Shown here piece by piece: positions 1 to 9,182 of a stretch of 64,000 nt of DNA. The stretch comes from a virus. Each line of letters opens with the position of its first letter. Within the stretch, counting starts at the first letter, position 1. The stretch lies in the IMG/VR virus record IMGVR_UViG_3300021431_000015, positions 634 through 64,633 of that record; one strand, given 5' to 3'. The position numbers were made by a program, and so were the translations under genes. The notes below the pieces were generated by a model. The model saw only the letters and a program-made list of their open reading frames with translations, had not been told where the DNA came from and searched no databases.

Positions 1-41
1 AGTTCGAGTCCTTCTTCATGGGCAAGAAGGAGGAGTCGTGA
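1..41 (+). CDS. 3' end of a CDS running off the left edge (..FESFFMGKKEES*)
   Basis: open frame from window edge to TGA at 39-41; too short to classify. Confidence 0.3.
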   Translation, partial: FESFFMGKKEES

Positions 42-229
42 AATACGAGTACCTCTACGTCTGCGACGGCCATGTGCCGGAATGCAAGAAGACCCATTGC
101 CACTACAACGGCACCGGAAGGTGCAGGCACACCCAGGACGAATCCCATGCGCTCTACCCCGCCCCGCACGAGTGGGCGTGGGAATCGAAGGACGCCAAGA
201 CGCACACGTTCTGCGAGGCGGTGAGGTAG
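38..229 (+). CDS. small Cys/His-rich protein (63 aa)
   Basis: GTG start inside GTGA overlap with upstream stop, AAGGAGGAG just upstream; CDGHVPECKKTHCH...C motif. Confidence 0.45.
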   Translation: MKYEYLYVCDGHVPECKKTHCHYNGTGRCRHTQDESHALYPAPHEWAWESKDAKTHTFCEAVR

Positions 230-379
230 ATGGAGAAGACCTGCGACAACTGCAAGCACAAGGCCGCCGAGTCCAGGGACGAGGACGGCAAGCGCATAGT
301 CGACTGCGACATCAACTTCCGCCAGATGTACTCGCCGTGGGCCGACGAATGCAAGCACTGGGAGCGCGATGACGATTAA
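230..379 (+). CDS. small CxxC zinc-binding protein (49 aa)
   Basis: ATG directly after TAG of previous gene; CDNCKH..C..C pattern; 3' end overlaps terL start by 11 nt. Confidence 0.4.
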   Translation: MEKTCDNCKHKAAESRDEDGKRIVDCDINFRQMYSPWADECKHWERDDD

Positions 380-2054
380 GCCCGAGTGCGCAGAATACTA
401 CGAGCAGGTGCTCGACAACAAGATTGTCGCATGCAGGCGACTCAAACAGCTCGCGGAAATCATGCTCGAGCGAATTGACCGCACGTACAAGGACTGGCAT
501 TTCGACTACGAGTACGCGAACCGCCCATGCCGCTTCATCGAGCACTTCTGCTACCTCCCCTCCGGGAAGATAGGCCGCCCGTTCGTGCTGGAGCCGTTCC
601 AGAAGGCGGCGATTCAGGTCATGTACGGCTTCGTGGACGACAACGGGTTCAGGCAGTTCCACGAGTCCCTGTGGGAGCTCGGGCGCAAGAACGGCAAGAC
701 CTCGCTCTCGTCCGCCCTCCTGCTCTACTCGCTCATGGCCGACGGCGAGGGTGCGCCGCAATGCTACACGAGCGCGACCTCACGCGCCCAGGCGTCCCTG
801 GCATACGGCGCCGTGCTCAAGATGATGAGGCAGTCCAAGATGCTGTCCAAGCGGCTCAGGAAGGGCACGGTCCCGGAGCGCGGCGAGGACGGCATCATCT
901 TCGATGCCAACATGGGTTACATCACGCCGCTGACCAACCAGACCCGCCACCTCGACGGCCTGGACGTCCACTTCTGCCTGTTCGACGAGCTGGCCGCCTG
1001 CACGAACCGCGACCAGTACGACCTCCTGAAGCAGGGCATGTCCGCACGCGATCAGCCCATGATGCTGTGCATCACCACCAACGGCTTCGAGCGCGGCAAC
1101 ATCTTCGATGACCGTTACGAATACGGGTGCCGCATCCTGGACGGCGAGGTCGACGACGACCGCTTCCTGCCCATCATCTACGAGCTGGACTCCCGCGACG
1201 AGTGGCAGGACGAGACCTGCTGGGTCAAGGCGAACCCAGGGCTGGGCACAATCAAGAAGTGGTCGACGCTGCGCGACTACGTCTCGGAGGCGCAGCAGAA
1301 CCCCGGATTCCTCCCAACCGTCCTCACCAAGGACTTCAACATCCCCGAGAACCGCGCAGCCGCATGGCTCAACTACGAGGAGGCCGTCTGCGACGAGACG
1401 TTCGACATATCGGAGATGGGCTTCCGCTACGGCATCGCAGGCTTCGACGCGTCCGACACGACCGACATCTCGTCGGCCACGATGATGATGATGCGCCCAG
1501 GCGACGACCATATCTACGAGTTGCAGATGAACTGGCTCCCGGAGGCGTCTCTCCGGGACGACGGCCTGCGCTCCGAGCGCGACGACGTGCCCTACCGCCT
1601 GTGGGAGAAGCGCGGGCTCCTGCGCATCGTGGAGGGCAACAAGGTGCCAAAGCAGGTGTTCCTGGATTGGCTTGAGGAAATCAAGGAGCAGTACGACGTG
1701 TGGGCCTACGCCGTGGGCTACGACCCGTGGCACATCATCGGCACCGACGAGACCAACTTGCAGCAGTACGTGGGCAAGGACAGGGCGGACGTGGTTCGCC
1801 AGGGCGTGAAGACGCTCTCCGACCCCATGAAGCAGATCAGGGCCGACTTCGCGGCCAACCGCATCGTCAACAACGGGAACCCCATGACGCAATGGGCGCG
1901 TATGAACGTATCCGTCAAGACCGACGTGAACGCCAACATCCAGCCCGTCAAGCTGGGCGGCAAGGCCAAGAACCGCATCGACCCGTTCATGTCGGAGCTG
2001 TTCGCCTACATCGCCCTGCTCAGGCATTACGACGAGTACCAGAACATCATCTAG
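369..2054 (+). CDS. terL: terminase large subunit
   Basis: 561 aa; 'GRKNGKT' P-loop, ATPase-nuclease arrangement and overall match to phage TerL family. Confidence 0.9.
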   Translation: MTIKPECAEYYEQVLDNKIVACRRLKQLAEIMLERIDRTYKDWHFDYEYANRPCRFIEHFCYLPSGKIGRPFVLEPFQKAAIQVMYGFVDDNGFRQFHESLWELGRKNGKTSLSSALLLYSLMADGEGAPQCYTSATSRAQASLAYGAVLKMMRQSKMLSKRLRKGTVPERGEDGIIFDANMGYITPLTNQTRHLDGLDVHFCLFDELAACTNRDQYDLLKQGMSARDQPMMLCITTNGFERGNIFDDRYEYGCRILDGEVDDDRFLPIIYELDSRDEWQDETCWVKANPGLGTIKKWSTLRDYVSEAQQNPGFLPTVLTKDFNIPENRAAAWLNYEEAVCDETFDISEMGFRYGIAGFDASDTTDISSATMMMMRPGDDHIYELQMNWLPEASLRDDGLRSERDDVPYRLWEKRGLLRIVEGNKVPKQVFLDWLEEIKEQYDVWAYAVGYDPWHIIGTDETNLQQYVGKDRADVVRQGVKTLSDPMKQIRADFAANRIVNNGNPMTQWARMNVSVKTDVNANIQPVKLGGKAKNRIDPFMSELFAYIALLRHYDEYQNII

Positions 2055-2062
2055 GAGGCACG

Positions 2063-2296
2063 ATGGAAAAGGGCATGCGCAAGCGCATGATGCTCACCGA
2101 GGGCGACTGGGAGCGCGAGACGCTCATCGAGATGAGGGAGATGCTCGTCGGCGACAACGCCTGCGAGGCTTGCGCTAACTCATATCTGCGCAAGGCTAAG
2201 AACGGCAGGGTGCGCCGCTACTGCAAAATCCAGCATCGCGGCGTGGATTACGAGTTCGGTCAGGAATGCTTCGAGGCGAGGGAGTTCGAGCTGTGA
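2063..2296 (+). CDS. hypothetical protein (77 aa)
   Basis: AGGAGG 6 nt upstream of ATG; basic, CxxC-containing. Confidence 0.55.
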   Translation: MEKGMRKRMMLTEGDWERETLIEMREMLVGDNACEACANSYLRKAKNGRVRRYCKIQHRGVDYEFGQECFEAREFEL

Positions 2297-2502
2297 TTGA
2301 GTTTTCGGTCGAAGAGGTCATTTGGTCTGACGAAGTCCAACGGGCATTAGCTTCAGACATACCGAAAACGGGCCTCCTGAAGCGTCTCATGGACTCGCCT
2401 GAGCCTGTTTGCGACCAGGGTTCATGCGAGGTGGATGAAGTGTCGGAGGTTCTCGAGGAAGCCGTCAGGAAGGTTCTGTTCGGGAGGGTGCTGAATGGCT
2501 AA
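2293..2502 (+). CDS. hypothetical protein (69 aa)
   Basis: GTG start in GTGA overlap with upstream stop; continuous frame into HNH gene overlap. Confidence 0.45.
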   Translation: MIEFSVEEVIWSDEVQRALASDIPKTGLLKRLMDSPEPVCDQGSCEVDEVSEVLEEAVRKVLFGRVLNG

Positions 2503-2839
2503 GGAATGGGCGAAGCCGTTCTACAAGTCGGCGGCATGGGAGAAGGTCAGGGACGCTGCGCTGTGGAGGTCTCACTCGCTGTGCGTGCGCTGCAAGGAGC
2601 GCGGCAAGCTGACGCCAGCCAGGGTCGTGCATCACATGGTTCCGCTGACGCCGGAGAACATCGACGACCCGGCAATCTCGCTGAACCTGGACTTGCTGAT
2701 GCCGCTGTGCCACGAGTGCCACGGCATCGTCCATGACGAGCTGGGCGTGGGAGCGCCGTTCGTGCGAAGCAAGGCCGACCGCGAGCTGGACGAGCCGAGG
2801 GTCGGGTTCGATGCGATGGGCAACGTCGTGAAGCTGTAG
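2495..2839 (+). CDS. HNH endonuclease
   Basis: CVRCKERGK..VVHHMVPL..N...LMPLCHECHGIVH: canonical HNH C..C/HH/N/H..H motifs; position next to terminase. Confidence 0.85.
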   Translation: MAKEWAKPFYKSAAWEKVRDAALWRSHSLCVRCKERGKLTPARVVHHMVPLTPENIDDPAISLNLDLLMPLCHECHGIVHDELGVGAPFVRSKADRELDEPRVGFDAMGNVVKL

Positions 2840-2919
2840 CTGTACCGTTTATCGGACATGTGGTATGATGCGGCCTGCTCGCGGATGCGAATCTACCTCC
2901 CTTCTCCGTGAGTATCGAG

Positions 2920-2955
2920 CCTGGGACGCTGCAACGTCCTGGGCTTTCTTTTTGG
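2920..2955 (+). terminator. putative rho-independent terminator after terL-HNH
   Basis: imperfect hairpin cctgggacg..cgtcctggg followed by ctttctttttgg. Confidence 0.4.
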
Positions 2956-3388
2956 CTGCATACAGGGTGGCGTGCGGGGAGTTTTCGGGGTATCTGAATC
3001 CTGGGCCGACGCTTTCGGATGGCTGCGGCGGGCTTAGCGCGAAAACCGGCAGGCGAAGGGCTGGATGTTTTGTCGCCTGAGCTGGGCTTCGCGTGCGATA
3101 TTTTGCGCATGCGATATGTATGTATGTGCACGTAATTAAGCGTGCGGATTAAGCGCAGGCATGTATATATTTCGGCAGAGTTGGAAAAATTCCGCGCTCC
3201 TATTGCCGTCTCCCGCGCCGGACCCCTCGCCTGACCTGGTTTTTTATATAATATGGGGGATATGTCTAAATTGTGGTCGATAGCGTCGCCAGTCGGCCGC
3301 TATCGGCGCGTTTGCGCAGGTCAATCGCTGTTTTTCCATCCCATACCCATACTATATCTATACATATAATCATTATTGTATGGTTGTT

Positions 3389-3423
3389 GTCTCCGTCTCC
3401 GCTGTGTCTCCGTCTCCGCTGTG
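3389..3423. repeat. tandem direct repeat (gtctccgtctccgctgtg x2)
   Basis: seen directly in sequence in low-GC intergenic island. Confidence 0.5.
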
Positions 3424-3443
3424 GCTTAAACACTATGCAAAAA

Positions 3444-3494
3444 CGCATACCGCATAGGCTATTTCCCCTATTCAAATAGCCTATTCGGTATGCG
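3444..3494. promoter_or_regulatory. 21-bp imperfect inverted repeat (cgcataccgcataggctattt / aaatagcctattcggtatgcg), possible operator or structured site
   Basis: one mismatch between arms, 9-bp spacer; AT-rich surroundings. Confidence 0.35.
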
Positions 3495-3627
3495 CTTCAA
3501 CATATTCATATATGTAATGGGTCAATCCTTGCGCGTAAACGCACTGCCAAACGGTATCTAATACCAAAAATCCAGCGGCATAGTTAGGCATACCTAACTT
3601 TCGTGTTCGCCTGGTAAACGCTTGTGC

Positions 3628-3864
3628 CTATTCCCCTGCGTCAATCTGTATCGCGGTATCCGGCAACGTCTCGTTGTCCGGTATGGCGTACAAGCCATAA
3701 CCGCAAACCCCTAGCATCCTTGCAGTTGTATCCGTTTTGGGCGTGCTGCCGCGCGTCAATATCTTGTTTACGTAGTTGTCCGCATTGCCCATAGCGCGGC
3801 CTATGTGCGTTAACGGTGTACCGCTTGCGTATGCCGCTTGTTTAACCGCACTCATTGTGTCCAT
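3628..3864 (-). CDS. small HTH-like DNA-binding protein (78 aa)
   Basis: GTPLTHIGRAMGNADNYVNKIL resembles XRE-type helix-turn-helix; lies in lower-GC island. Confidence 0.45.
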   Translation of the reverse strand: MDTMSAVKQAAYASGTPLTHIGRAMGNADNYVNKILTRGSTPKTDTTARMLGVCGYGLYAIPDNETLPDTAIQIDAGE

Positions 3865-4105
3865 TATTCCCCCATTTATCAGGCGCTTTATTGTTTTTTG
3901 TCCATCAATCTTAACTCATTATTCCCCAGATGCCTATTACCCAGTTGTGTAGGGTTTATGTAGAACAACATTACCCACTTGCGTATGCATACCCAGTTGG
4001 GTATGTTTAATGCGCACCTTGAAAACGATAAACGCCTTACCCGCTAGGGTTTGGCGCTTGTCGCGTCAAGCGTGCAGCACCTTGAAAATCGAATATCGCT
4101 AAAGC

Positions 4106-4629
4106 GTTCCTTATGTTGGGTACCCGTTTACAACGGTTACATATCAACATGGAAGGAAACAGATTATGGCTACTATCACTTTCAAGAATGGCGCAACTGC
4201 AACTATCAATATGGACGAACTTAAGACCCTGTTGGGGCTTGAGGGTATCGCCACCGAGAACGTATTCGATACTATCGTTATTAGTAAGCCGCTCGATACG
4301 CGCAAGGTTGACAAGGTTGCAAGCGGCGAAAACCGCGAACCTGTCCCCTACGCTAAGTTTGGCAAGCGTGCCAAGGGTATCGCCGACAATGCACGCAAGC
4401 ACGCCCCTAGCGCGGCGTGTGTCATCCAGTACCCCGCCAAGGGCGACAAGGGCAATGGCTGGATTTGGCTGGACAATAACGGTCAATTTGTTGAGGGCTT
4501 GTCCCCCAACTGGAAGTGGTCTAAGCGTCGCAAGATGCACTATTACGACCTTAACCCCAAACCCGCTAAGAAAAGCGGAAACAAGTAGGTATCATCGGGT
4601 ACCCAACACGGGTACCCAACATAAGGAAC
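4106..4629. repeat. single-gene cassette bounded by perfect 20-bp inverted repeats (gttccttatgttgggtaccc ... gggtacccaacataaggaac)
   Basis: IR arms at 4106-4125 and 4610-4629; 12-bp tandem duplication gggtacccaaca next to right arm; direct repeats caccttgaaaa(c/t)cga at about 4019 and 4081. Confidence 0.6.
4166..4588 (+). CDS. hypothetical protein (140 aa) carried inside IR-flanked cassette
   Basis: GGAAGG RBS 9 nt upstream; lower GC than surrounding phage genes. Confidence 0.6.
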   Translation: MATITFKNGATATINMDELKTLLGLEGIATENVFDTIVISKPLDTRKVDKVASGENREPVPYAKFGKRAKGIADNARKHAPSAACVIQYPAKGDKGNGWIWLDNNGQFVEGLSPNWKWSKRRKMHYYDLNPKPAKKSGNK

Positions 4630-4639
4630 ACTCACAAGC

Positions 4640-5395
4640 GATATTCGAACCCGGCGCGTGTTTCAGGTTGCTAGTACTCAATAGAACAACTTCAAGCGCC
4701 TACACGCCACGTCGCATAGCGGGGATAAGTACCCGTGTAGGGACGTGGTAGCCGGGATGCCTACGGTACCCGTTTGGGCGTGGCGTGGCTTGCTTGTCCA
4801 TCGCCACGCCCTAGGGATAGGGATATTTACCCGTAATCACTGCAAAACATAGGGTAACTGGGTCTGCACCGAAGGGCGGGCGATTCGTCGCCTGAATCCG
4901 GCGCAAGGGATTCATGCCAGATGCAGGTCTGGACCCGGCAACACGCTGTCGATCCAAGGGAGAGGTATATAGCCATGCCCCTCCGGCGGTAGGCGTGACT
5001 CCGAACCGCGCTGCGGCGCGGCTAGGGAACGTGTGCCGTAACCGATGCGTAGCGGTGAAACCGTAGGAATACAAATCCGGGAACCATGCATCCAAGGCGG
5101 AGCCATGCCCACAGCCCGATACCTCCGGAGACGGAGCGGGGAGTAATCCCGCTGGTTATAGGCGGAGCTGTGCACGGCGGATAAGAACCCTGCGATACGT
5201 AGCAGGCCGACGGTGCATGAAACCGGTACGTCCGAGGTGTCAAGGACGTCAACCAGAGCCCCCGCTCAGGGCTCGACTCCGGGGCACAGCCATGCCCCGG
5301 CTATCAGCTGAGCTGATACGGGCGGAGCACTCCGAGGTGAGAAGCGGAGTGCCGAGCCACGTGGCAGCTCGCCACGCAGAGAAACCCTCCCCTGA
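4640..5395. ncRNA. candidate large structured non-coding RNA (GC-rich, ORF-poor, hairpin-dense)
   Basis: about 750 bp of high-GC sequence with no ORF >95 aa in any frame; several perfect local hairpins (ccgggg..ccccgg, gcactccg..cggagtgc, tatcagc..gctgata, agcggg..cccgct); strand undetermined. Confidence 0.3.
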
Positions 5396-5406
5396 AAGGA
5401 GCAACC

Positions 5407-5652
5407 ATGCTGCACGACCACGATTTCACCCCTGAGCAGTTCGAGTCCTTCGAGGAACTCGCGGCCTACGACGGCTGGGACATCCCCGAGCGTCCCCTCG
5501 TCGATGAAATCGACGAGCTCGCCGAGTTCGCCGCCCTCGCCGAGGACGAGTACCGCACGGCCCTCTGGGCCGAGTCCCTGCCCTACGTGGAGCACGTCGA
5601 GCTGGTCGACCGAGACGAGCAGCTCCGAGTCCACGACGGCATCTTCTCGTAA
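5407..5652 (+). CDS. very acidic small protein (81 aa), DNA-mimic-like
   Basis: GAAAGGAG RBS; D/E-rich composition. Confidence 0.6.
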   Translation: MLHDHDFTPEQFESFEELAAYDGWDIPERPLVDEIDELAEFAALAEDEYRTALWAESLPYVEHVELVDRDEQLRVHDGIFS

Positions 5653-5691
5653 GAGCCGAGCCGAGCAACCCCATCCGAGAAAGGAGCCACC

Positions 5692-5889
5692 ATGAAGGCC
5701 ATCAAAATCATGAAGTCCCGTTCCATCGTATCCATCGACGAGTCCCTCGCCGAGCTTATCCGCCTCTCCGAGACGAGCGAGGTCGCAGCCGTCGTCTGCC
5801 TCACGGAGACGACGAGCCGAGGCTACCACACCGCCTTCAGGGATGGCCGAGCCGCCCAGTACTCCCCCGCCGAGGGACGCTTCATCTAG
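5692..5889 (+). CDS. hypothetical acidic protein (65 aa)
   Basis: GAAAGGAG RBS. Confidence 0.55.
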   Translation: MKAIKIMKSRSIVSIDESLAELIRLSETSEVAAVVCLTETTSRGYHTAFRDGRAAQYSPAEGRFI

Positions 5890-5931
5890 GACAACGAGCC
5901 GTGGCCGAGCCACGGAGAAAGGAGCCGAGCA

Positions 5932-6117
5932 ATGCCGAACGCCGTATGGACGAGCCATGACCTCGATGGCATCGCCGAGATGACACTCCGGGAGGTCTAC
6001 GAGTTCTACGAGTCCGAGGTCAACCACGCCGAGTATCCGAGCTTCGCGGGCTGGCTGTGGGACATGGAGAGGTCGGCGGTTCTGTACCGCCACAAGACGA
6101 GCGTCAACGGACGCTAG
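5932..6117 (+). CDS. hypothetical protein (61 aa)
   Basis: GAAAGGAG RBS. Confidence 0.55.
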   Translation: MPNAVWTSHDLDGIAEMTLREVYEFYESEVNHAEYPSFAGWLWDMERSAVLYRHKTSVNGR

Positions 6118-6130
6118 AGAGAGGAGCCGA

Positions 6131-6506
6131 GATGGGCAAGCACTACAAGCAGACGAGCATGGTCGAGGAGCTGCTGCTCGACCCGAAGATGCGCTGCTAC
6201 TGCGGCTACAAGGCCGAGACGATGGCTTTCACGAAGGCCAAGTATCGCCGCCGCGAGAGGGCTGCGCTCAAGCGCAACCTCGCCGCCGAGGTCGAGGTCG
6301 AGTTGGTCGAGATGGCCGAAGCCGAGGCCGAAGCTGCCAAGAAGGCCGCCTACGAAGCCTACAAGACCGAGAGCATCTCGTACTGGCTGGACGAGAGCAT
6401 CGACGCGATGACGGACATCGAGTGCCTCAAGCACGAGCTGGAGAAAGCCGAGGAGCGGCTCTACGAAGCCGAGTTGATGCTGAGCTACTTGGAAGAGGAG
6501 GAGTAA
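6131..6506 (+). CDS. hypothetical coiled-coil/acidic protein (125 aa)
   Basis: GAGAGGAG RBS; C-terminal EAEAEA..LEEEE. Confidence 0.6.
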
Positions 6507-6508
6507 CC

Positions 6509-6865
6509 ATGATTAAAGCCAACCGAGTATCCAACCTAATCGCCCTCGTCCTGAGCGCGAGCCTGCTGTTCCCTACGAGCGCCCTGGCCGTGTCACTCCC
6601 CTACGTCGATGACGTGAACGAGTGGGGCAACGGCAAGAGCATCCTGACGCTCTACGCCTGCGGCAAGGAGAAGACGAAGCAGTTCCGAGTCACCGACACC
6701 AAGAGCCATAAGAGCGTGAAGGTCAAGAACCTGCACCGCTGGGAGAAGACGGGATACGTCGGAACGGTCGTGGTCAAGAACGGCCACGAGTACAAGATAA
6801 GCGTCCGAGCCAAGTCCCGCGGCAAGTGGGGCAAGTGGAAGAGCATCGGATACCGGGTCTACTGA
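6509..6865 (+). CDS. secreted Lys-rich protein with signal peptide (118 aa)
   Basis: N-terminal hydrophobic signal ..LLFPTSALA; RBS GGAGGAG. Confidence 0.65.
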   Translation: MIKANRVSNLIALVLSASLLFPTSALAVSLPYVDDVNEWGNGKSILTLYACGKEKTKQFRVTDTKSHKSVKVKNLHRWEKTGYVGTVVVKNGHEYKISVRAKSRGKWGKWKSIGYRVY

Positions 6866-6876
6866 GAGGAGGAGCC

Positions 6877-6981
6877 ATGTACGACCTGTACACCGAGTTC
6901 GGGCTGTTCTGGGGAACTGTCCGAGGGCTTGAGGAAGCCCTGAAGGCGTGCCGAGCCTATGGATTGAGTATCAAATGGTGA
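6877..6981 (+). CDS. mini-ORF (34 aa)
   Basis: GAGGAGG RBS 5 nt upstream; stop overlaps next start (ATGGTGA). Confidence 0.35.
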   Translation: MYDLYTEFGLFWGTVRGLEEALKACRAYGLSIKW

Positions 6982-7175
6982 CGAAGTTCGTTAAGCGTGG
7001 CGCCATCGCCACCATCGAGGAGCTTCCGGACGGTTGGTTTCTGGTGAGAGTCACGTGGAGCCCACGGCCACGGACTCGCTATGTGTGCAGCACAGCCGCG
7101 AAAACCAAACGGGAAGCGTTTGAGCGTCTCCCTGAAAACGGCTACGGCTGGAAACGAGTATCGAGAAAGGGGTGA
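6975..7175 (+). CDS. hypothetical basic protein (66 aa)
   Basis: ATG overlapping upstream stop. Confidence 0.45.
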   Translation: MVTKFVKRGAIATIEELPDGWFLVRVTWSPRPRTRYVCSTAAKTKREAFERLPENGYGWKRVSRKG

Positions 7176-7249
7176 TGCGAGTGGAGAAGCTGTTCTCCCT
7201 GCTCCTGGCAGCGAGCGTGCTGCTGGGATACATCGGAATGTTGAGCTAA
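7175..7249 (+). CDS. possible 24-aa hydrophobic peptide
   Basis: ATG in TGATG overlap; single TM-like segment. Confidence 0.25.
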   Translation: MRVEKLFSLLLAASVLLGYIGMLS

Positions 7250-7263
7250 CGAGAGGAGCAAGC

Positions 7264-7500
7264 ATGGTAGGCGAGCTGACAATCGAAAACATCACCCTGG
7301 AGGTCTACTGCTTCAGTACCGACGAGACGCTGTACTGCGGGCCTATTCCGTCCGAGCCGTTCGACACGCCCTGGGCGGAATGGATGACCGAACCCGCCGA
7401 CGACCCCTACATCGGCGAGGACGGACGCCTGTACTACGAAGGCGACGGACGATGGACGCTCCGCGTCTACGTCACGAAACCCTACAAACACGAGGAGTAA
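7264..7500 (+). CDS. hypothetical protein (78 aa)
   Basis: GAGAGGAG RBS. Confidence 0.55.
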   Translation: MVGELTIENITLEVYCFSTDETLYCGPIPSEPFDTPWAEWMTEPADDPYIGEDGRLYYEGDGRWTLRVYVTKPYKHEE

Positions 7501-7592
7501 ACGACCCGGTTCTTACGAGCCGGGTCACCTGTAAACCGGGCGGTTCTGAGCCTAGGAAACCTGAGCCGCCCACGAAACGAGAGGAGCGTACC

Positions 7593-9182
7593 ATGAGTAA
7601 CGCCCAACTGCAAGCTGTCCATGCCAACTACGCCCACGGCCTCATCGCCACCTTCGAGTGGCAGCGCCTCGTGGCGGAACTGACCTCCACCGCCGAGGAA
7701 ACCTCCACCGAGCCCGTCTGGCGCTGCGCCATCTGCGAGGAACCGGGCGAATGGCCGGACGGATGCATCGAGGATTCCAAGATCGAGATTGACGGCAAGC
7801 TCTACTGCTCCGAGGACTGCGCCGAGGAAGCTGGGTACCGCCTCTGCGCCTCATGCGATGAATGGCATGACGAACATTACGGGGTCGAGGCCGGTGACGA
7901 GTGGTTCTGCTGCTCTGACTGCGCCATGTTCGCAGGATACCACTGCTGCGAGCGTTGCGGAGATTGGCACGGCGACGAGGACGCGGTCGAGGCCGGCGGC
8001 TATTGGTACTGCTCGACCGATTGCGCCCATGAGGACGGCTTGGAGTGCTGCGCGTATTGCGGCGAGTGGCACTGCGAGGACGATTCAATCGTCGCGGATA
8101 ACGATTCCTGCGGGTGCTACTGCTCCGAGGAGTGCGCCCGGAACGACGGGCTGTTCTACTGCGACCACTGCAACGAGTGGTACAGGGAGACTAGGCAGGT
8201 CGGACAATACGAGGTTCGCCACTATGGCGAGTTTGAAACCTGGTGCGAGTATTGCCACAGAAACGATTCATTCTATTGCGAGGGCTGTGACGAAACCGTA
8301 AGCGCAGCAGATTACGGCCACGACGGGCGCTGCGAGGATTGCTGCGAGGACGACGCCCTCCACGAGTACGGCTGGACTCCGGTCTTGTGCTTCTACGGCG
8401 GCGATTCGTACCAGAGGGACACGCCCTTCCTGGGAATCGAGCTCGAGACGGACTCCGGCTCCGACCGCAGAGGCTACGTCGAAGAGCTTGCCGAGCTCCC
8501 GAATTTCACCCAGCACTTCTGGATGACTAAGGATTCGAGCCTCGACAACGGGGTCGAGATTACCGGCCATCCGACGACGCTCGCCTATCACGAGCGAATC
8601 ATGAAGGTGTACGAGGGAATCAGGGACACGGCGATACGGTTCGGATACGTGAGCCACAACAGCGGCAACTGCGGCCTGCACATCCACGTGAACAGGAACT
8701 TCTTCGGGAGGAACAAGTTCATGCAGGATGCGTGCGGATACAAGATGATGCGGGCTTTGCAGAGGTTCGAGCACCAGTTCACGGTTTTCTCGAGGCGCAC
8801 GGACGGCAACTACTGGTGCCACTACAACTACTGCGGAGATTACTCCATGCCGAAGAAAAACGGCAAGGTTCAATACTCCATGCGCGAGTTCCGCAACAAG
8901 GTATCGGACGCGAACTGCGACCGCAACCACACCCAAGCGCTGAACTTCCAGCACTACGGCACCTTCGAGTTCCGCATCTTCCGAGGGACGCTCAAGCTCG
9001 AGACGCTGTTCGCGAGCATGGGGTTGGTCAACGGCCTATGCCACCTCGCCAAGAAGCGCGGCTCGATGTTCTTCGAGACGTGCGACTGGTACACGCTCAT
9101 CCAGCAGATTGTCGAGAACGTGGACACCGAGTACGCCAAGCAATGCCTGGTCGCCTACCTGGAAGAGCGCGGGCTCAACTAA
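7593..9182 (+). CDS. Amidoligase_2 (GCS2/glutamine-synthetase-like) enzyme with N-terminal array of about 4 C4 zinc-ribbon repeats
   Basis: C-terminal half has FLGIELE..GVEITGHP..CGLHIHVN..FEFRIFRGT motifs typical of Pfam Amidoligase_2; N-terminal 230 aa is C..C(D/G)EWH..VEAG..W(Y/F)C..DCA repeats; RBS GAGAGGAG. Confidence 0.85.
   Translation: MSNAQLQAVHANYAHGLIATFEWQRLVAELTSTAEETSTEPVWRCAICEEPGEWPDGCIEDSKIEIDGKLYCSEDCAEEAGYRLCASCDEWHDEHYGVEAGDEWFCCSDCAMFAGYHCCERCGDWHGDEDAVEAGGYWYCSTDCAHEDGLECCAYCGEWHCEDDSIVADNDSCGCYCSEECARNDGLFYCDHCNEWYRETRQVGQYEVRHYGEFETWCEYCHRNDSFYCEGCDETVSAADYGHDGRCEDCCEDDALHEYGWTPVLCFYGGDSYQRDTPFLGIELETDSGSDRRGYVEELAELPNFTQHFWMTKDSSLDNGVEITGHPTTLAYHERIMKVYEGIRDTAIRFGYVSHNSGNCGLHIHVNRNFFGRNKFMQDACGYKMMRALQRFEHQFTVFSRRTDGNYWCHYNYCGDYSMPKKNGKVQYSMREFRNKVSDANCDRNHTQALNFQHYGTFEFRIFRGTLKLETLFASMGLVNGLCHLAKKRGSMFFETCDWYTLIQQIVENVDTEYAKQCLVAYLEERGLN

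Noticed and set aside
780-2027. 415-aa ORF antisense to terL
   Set aside because: Lies entirely within the conserved terminase gene on the opposite strand; spurious high-GC open frame.
4640-5395. Group II intron hypothesis for the GC-rich ORF-free segment
   Set aside because: No recognisable domain V (catalytic AGC helix with GNRA loop), no IEP ORF and no GUGYG 5' end; kept only as a generic structured-RNA candidate.
5266-6093. 275-aa ORF on - strand
   Set aside because: Antisense to four well-initiated acidic + strand genes. Gly/Val/Leu-rich composition typical of high-GC antisense frames, and no RBS.
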